Shown piece after piece: positions 59,917 through 64,000 of a DNA stretch of 64,000 bases. The DNA is taken from assembly GCA_043821645.1 (NCBI GenBank), contig JBDRCO010000036.1, positions 1 through 64,000 on the forward strand. The letters run 5' to 3'. The stretch comes from Pseudomonadota bacterium (GTDB lineage Bacteria; Myxococcota; JACRCW01; JAFGSX01). Under the pieces are notes generated by a model, which had not been told where the DNA came from, searched no databases, and worked only from the letters and a program-made list of their open reading frames with translations. Every line of letters begins with the position of its first letter. Position 1 is the first letter of the stretch. Made by a program: the position numbers and the translations under genes.

Positions 59917-61544
59917 GCTGCTATCCCGAACTGACTCTTTCCATCTACGTGGACGGCGAGCTGCCCGAGGACGAAGCCGCACAGGTGGGCCAGCACCTCG
60001 AAGGCTGCGCCGGCTGCCGTGCGCTCGTCGCCGACCTGCGGCTGGAGTGTGGCCTGCTGCACGACAGCCTGGAACCAGAGGTCCGCGAGCTCGTGCCGTC
60101 GACGGCAACCCGGCCGGCGGGCCACCTCCAGCGCTCGTCGCCGTGGTCCTGGGCCTTGCTGGGCGTCGCCACCGTGCCTCTGCTCGTCGCTGCGGTCCTG
60201 GCTGCCCTGCCAGCGCTGCCACCCTCGCTGGCCTGGATACAGGACCTGAGTCTGACCGGAGGGCTGGCCATGCTGCTTCGGGGCATGAGCTTCGCACTCC
60301 TCCAAGGAGATCAGATGCTCACGACCATCATCGGCTTCACTCTCACCGTGGCTTCCGCCTTCGTGGTGCTGTCGAGCGCGGTGGCGCGACGACACCTGGT
60401 GGCCGCGGCCGGGCACACCGGCGTCGTGCTGGCCCTGCTCCTGCTCTCCACCTCCGCCCTGGCGCTGGAGCAACGCCAGAGCGAGGAGCGGGTCGAAGTG
60501 GCCGCTGGCGAGCAGATCCACGAGTCCATGCTGCTGGTCGCCCGCTACGTGGTGGTGGAGGGCGACGTGGACGGCGACGTGTTCGCCTTTGCCCGCAACG
60601 TCAGCGTCAAGGGCCAGATCCGGGGCAACCTGTTCACCGCGGCCGAGAGCGTGGACATCAAGGGACGCATTGGCGGCAGCCTGCACGCGGCCGCCCAGGC
60701 GGTGAACCTGGAGGGCCAGGTCGACGGCGGCGCTTACCTCGCGGGCCAGTCCATCATCGTGGGTGCGGGCGCGCGCGTGGGGCGCGACCTGCTGCTGGGC
60801 TGCGAGCACGTCGAGATGGCCGGTCAGGTCGATGGCTCGATGCACTTCGGGGCCAACCGCGTCTACCTCACGGGCTCGGTGGCCCGCAACATGACAGGCC
60901 ACAGCGAGCACGTGGTGCTGGCGGCGAACAGCCGGGTCGGGGGCGATGTCACCGTGACGGCGCCGGCCGAAGATGGCCTCGAGATGACCGCGGGCGCCAG
61001 CCTGGGTGGTGAGAAGAAGGTCAAGGTCGAGCCCTGGTCCGAGCAGAAGCGACACCCGCTGCTCACCGCTGGCTACTACCTCGGCCTGCTGCTCAAGATC
61101 GTGGGTCTGCTGCTCATCGGCCTGCTGGTGGTGGCCCTGGTCCCTGGCGCCGTGCCGAAACTGCCGGTGGGCCCGGGTCCCGTGCTGCGCAGCATGGGTG
61201 TGGGCTTCGTGACCCTGGTGGCGACACCCGTGGCCATTGCCTTCGCGGCCATCACGGTCATCGGGCTCCCGCTGGCTGTCCTCACCGCCGTGATCTACGG
61301 CTTTGGCATCTTCCTGTCGTCGCTGGTCGTGGCCTACTTCGCCGTGCGTGCCCTGCTGGCGCCCGCGCCAGGGCAGACCACGCGACTGCTCGGGGGCACC
61401 GCGGTCGCCCTGTGCGGCATCCTGGTGCTCACGGAGATCCCCTTCGTGGGCGCTGGCCTGTACTTCCTGGTGATGATCCTCGGCCTGGGAAGCCTGGTGC
61501 AGCACGGCTACAGGGCCTACCAGGCGCGCCACGACCCGGCGTAG
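59913..61544 (+). CDS. Zinc-finger (zf-HC2) anti-sigma factor fused to a bactofilin-like beta-helix and a multi-TM domain
   Basis: YVDGEL...HLEGCAGC; repeats V.I.G.V.G(D/N)L; about 5 C-terminal TMs; ATGA overlap with the sigma gene. Confidence 0.85.
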   Translation: MSCYPELTLSIYVDGELPEDEAAQVGQHLEGCAGCRALVADLRLECGLLHDSLEPEVRELVPSTATRPAGHLQRSSPWSWALLGVATVPLLVAAVLAALPALPPSLAWIQDLSLTGGLAMLLRGMSFALLQGDQMLTTIIGFTLTVASAFVVLSSAVARRHLVAAAGHTGVVLALLLLSTSALALEQRQSEERVEVAAGEQIHESMLLVARYVVVEGDVDGDVFAFARNVSVKGQIRGNLFTAAESVDIKGRIGGSLHAAAQAVNLEGQVDGGAYLAGQSIIVGAGARVGRDLLLGCEHVEMAGQVDGSMHFGANRVYLTGSVARNMTGHSEHVVLAANSRVGGDVTVTAPAEDGLEMTAGASLGGEKKVKVEPWSEQKRHPLLTAGYYLGLLLKIVGLLLIGLLVVALVPGAVPKLPVGPGPVLRSMGVGFVTLVATPVAIAFAAITVIGLPLAVLTAVIYGFGIFLSSLVVAYFAVRALLAPAPGQTTRLLGGTAVALCGILVLTEIPFVGAGLYFLVMILGLGSLVQHGYRAYQARHDPA

Positions 61545-61551
61545 GTTGGCG

Positions 61552-62481
61552 ATGGGCGCAGCGATACACATCGACGCCATCGGCAAGCGGCTGGGGGCCC
61601 GCGACGTGCTCAAGGGCGTGCGCTTCGACGTCGAGGTTGGCGATATCTTCGGCTACCTCGGCCCCAACGGCGCGGGCAAGACCACGACCATTCGCATCCT
61701 GCTCGGCCTGCTGCGCCCGGACAGCGGTCACGTCGAGGTGCTCGGACAGGACGTCGGCCTGGCCAGCACGCGCCTGCACATCGGCTTCGCCCTCGATCCC
61801 GACGGTCTGTACGACGCCCTGAGCGCTCGGGAGAACTGCCGCTTCTATGCCGAGCTGTACGGCGTGAAACGCGTCGCGGCGCGCGTCGACAAGGTCCTGG
61901 ACCTGGTGGGCCTGGCGGACCGTGGCGCTGACAGGGTGGGCACGTTCTCCAAGGGCATGCGGCAGCGGCTGTCCCTGGCGCGGGCCATGGTGCACGACCC
62001 GCAGGTGCTCATCCTCGACGCGCCCAGCTCCGGGGTCGACCCGAGCGGCCAGATCGAGCTTCGCCAGCTGTTGCTCGACATCGCTGGTAGCGAGCACAAG
62101 ACCGTGCTGCTCAGCTCCCACAACCTCGATGAGGTGCAGCGTATCTGCAACCGTGTGGCCCTCATCGATCAGGGCGAGATCCGACTCTATGGCGAGCTCG
62201 ACGGACTTCGCCAGAGCATGGGGCGTGGCGGACTGGCCATCGAGACCCGGGGCCCTGTGGCGGAGAGCGTGGTGCAGGAACTGCTTCGGGAAACGCGGTT
62301 CGGCTTTCGTGCGCAGAGCGGGAGCCGCCTGGAGTTCGAGGCCGGGCCAGATCGTGCCGAGTTGTCCGACATCATCGGCTTCCTCGCCACCCGTGGCGTG
62401 AAGATCGAGCAGGCGGGCCAGCGCGAGGCGTCGCTCGAGGACCTCTACGCGTCCATGCTGCGACAGGTGGATCCGACATGA
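61552..62481 (+). CDS. ABC transporter ATP-binding protein (Walker B reads ILDAP)
   Basis: GPNGAGKTT, FSKGMRQR, SSHNL. Confidence 0.92.
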   Translation: MGAAIHIDAIGKRLGARDVLKGVRFDVEVGDIFGYLGPNGAGKTTTIRILLGLLRPDSGHVEVLGQDVGLASTRLHIGFALDPDGLYDALSARENCRFYAELYGVKRVAARVDKVLDLVGLADRGADRVGTFSKGMRQRLSLARAMVHDPQVLILDAPSSGVDPSGQIELRQLLLDIAGSEHKTVLLSSHNLDEVQRICNRVALIDQGEIRLYGELDGLRQSMGRGGLAIETRGPVAESVVQELLRETRFGFRAQSGSRLEFEAGPDRAELSDIIGFLATRGVKIEQAGQREASLEDLYASMLRQVDPT

Positions 62482-63218
62482 AGGGCACCGCGCTGGTCCT
62501 GCGCGGCACTGTGCGCAGCGGCGTCCGCCTGCGCGCCGTCGCCATCGTCACCACGGGGGGCGCCATCATCTGCGTGGTCGGCCTGGCCGTGCTCTTCGGG
62601 ACCCAGTTCATCGGCCCGCAGCTGGCCTTGGCATCCCCAGACATGTCCGTGGTGGAGAACTTTCTGGGCCTGATCCTGTTCACCACGAGCTTCATCTCCA
62701 TGGGCATCCCTGTCAGCGTGCTGGCCTTTCAGTCCCTGGCCCGCGAGAAGGCCCGGGGCACGATCACGGCGGTCCTGGCGACGCCGCTCGAGCCCGCGGA
62801 CCTGTGGCTCGGCAAGAGCATCGGGGTGCTCGTGCCGGGTCTGCTGTTCGCCCAGGTCATGACCGTGGCCAGCTTCGTGGGCCTCCATCTCGTCTACCTG
62901 CGTCCTGTGCAGGGGCTCGTCGTCACACCGTGGACGCTCGCCAGCTGTTTCATCGCAGTGCCGCTGCTCTACCTCGCGCTGAGCCTGCTCGTGCACCTGA
63001 TCGGGCTGGTGGGCGCGCCAGGGACAGCCAATGTGGTCGCCCAGGTTTTTTTGCACGTTGTGACAGCGCTGATGATCAATCTGGCGGTGCGTCAGGTCCC
63101 CGATGCCGGTTCCTGGGCCTTCACGGCAATCCTGCTCGGCCTGGCAGCGATGCTGGGCGTGGCGGTCCGGGTGGGCCTGCCCAGGCTGACGGTCGAGAGG
63201 ATCGTGCTGTCGCGGTAG
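62478..63218 (+). CDS. ABC-2 type permease
   Basis: EKARGTI..VLATPL...LWLGK; about 6 TMs. Confidence 0.87.
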   Translation: MKGTALVLRGTVRSGVRLRAVAIVTTGGAIICVVGLAVLFGTQFIGPQLALASPDMSVVENFLGLILFTTSFISMGIPVSVLAFQSLAREKARGTITAVLATPLEPADLWLGKSIGVLVPGLLFAQVMTVASFVGLHLVYLRPVQGLVVTPWTLASCFIAVPLLYLALSLLVHLIGLVGAPGTANVVAQVFLHVVTALMINLAVRQVPDAGSWAFTAILLGLAAMLGVAVRVGLPRLTVERIVLSR

Positions 63219-63226
63219 GAGCAGGG

Positions 63227-63976
63227 GTGAACGCTACGCTGCTGGTCATGCGTCGGGACCAACGCGAGCTGTGCTCGACCACAGCCTTTCGCATCCTGCT
63301 CGCGGTCAGCGCCCTGATCGCCCTCGGTGCTTCCGCCGCCATCAGCATCGCGCTGCGGCGACAGGCCTGGTACGGCGAGCCCGCTGCACGGCCTGTGCTC
63401 GAGCTCATCCTCGGACTTGTCGTCTATTTCGTGCCGCTCCTCGTACTGGTCGCGTTCATCTGGGCCTTTGCCAGCCTCCCCATCGTCCAGGAAAAGGCCA
63501 ATGGCAACCTCGAGTGCCTGCTGGCCACTCCCCTGCGCCCGCTGCAGCTGTGGGTGGGCAAGGGCCTCGCCGTGTTTCTGCCGTCGCTCGTGCTCTGCGT
63601 GCTCGCGACCCTGTTCGTGTGCTTCGCCGTGAATCTGGCCGCCGTGCGCCCGGGGTGGAACACCTGGGTCCTGCCTGTGCCCGCGCTGGTGACGGGCCTG
63701 CTTGTCAACCCGCTGCTGTTCGCGGCGCTGCTCGCCTTCGTCATCCTGGTGGCCATGACCCGGGATCCGGACCTGGCCATCGCTCCGTCGCTACTCGTCG
63801 GCTTCGGGCTGATGATGGGCATGCCGGTGGGCGTGATGACGGGCCACATCGACCTCGGGTCGTGGTCCTTTGTCGCGTGGTACCTGGCCGGGGCAGGGGT
63901 GGCCTGGGCCCTGGTGCTGGCCCTGTCTGGCCTTCTGACGCGGCAGGCGATCGTGTTGTCCAGCAGAGGTGGCTGA
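63227..63976 (+). CDS. ABC-2 type permease (paralog of the preceding gene)
   Basis: EKANGNLECLLATPL...LWVGK; GTG start after AGGAG. Confidence 0.87.
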   Translation: MNATLLVMRRDQRELCSTTAFRILLAVSALIALGASAAISIALRRQAWYGEPAARPVLELILGLVVYFVPLLVLVAFIWAFASLPIVQEKANGNLECLLATPLRPLQLWVGKGLAVFLPSLVLCVLATLFVCFAVNLAAVRPGWNTWVLPVPALVTGLLVNPLLFAALLAFVILVAMTRDPDLAIAPSLLVGFGLMMGMPVGVMTGHIDLGSWSFVAWYLAGAGVAWALVLALSGLLTRQAIVLSSRGG

Positions 63977-64000
63977 CGGCGTGCTCGTCGCCTGGCAGCG

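Noticed and set aside
13495-63218. Genome-wide TAG reassignment
   Set aside because: TAG ends several apparently complete genes (13495, 16449, 25219, 61544, 63218), some followed closely by a new start in another frame.
57398-64000. Integrative element at the tRNA
   Set aside because: No integrase and no duplicated tRNA 3' end noticed within the window.

Overview
High-GC bacterial chromosomal segment. The gene content (eukaryote-like Ser/Thr kinases, FHA proteins, a giant TPR protein, a CHASE2 cyclase, several sigma factors) suggests Myxococcota or a related deltaproteobacterium; this is inference. Housekeeping genes include truD, pncA/pncB, system II cytochrome c biogenesis resB/ccsA, engB-surA-like-rimI, plsB, dut and a tRNA-Met(CAT). 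Main points of interest: (1) a phosphosignalling region at 28.6-56.6 kb around a 5242-aa TPR-like protein followed by FHA-GAF, TPR-kinase, PHP phosphatase and flippase-like genes; (2) an in-frame TAG inside an otherwise intact resB; (3) a ribbon-helix-helix gene with a palindromic operator and an unannotated 52-aa acidic partner; (4) a double-hairpin tandem array of about 81 bp directly after the tRNA; (5) an ECF sigma with a multidomain anti-sigma and an ABC exporter whose ATPase lacks the catalytic Glu. I saw no CRISPR array, integrase or transposase. All product calls come from motif recognition by eye, without database searches.
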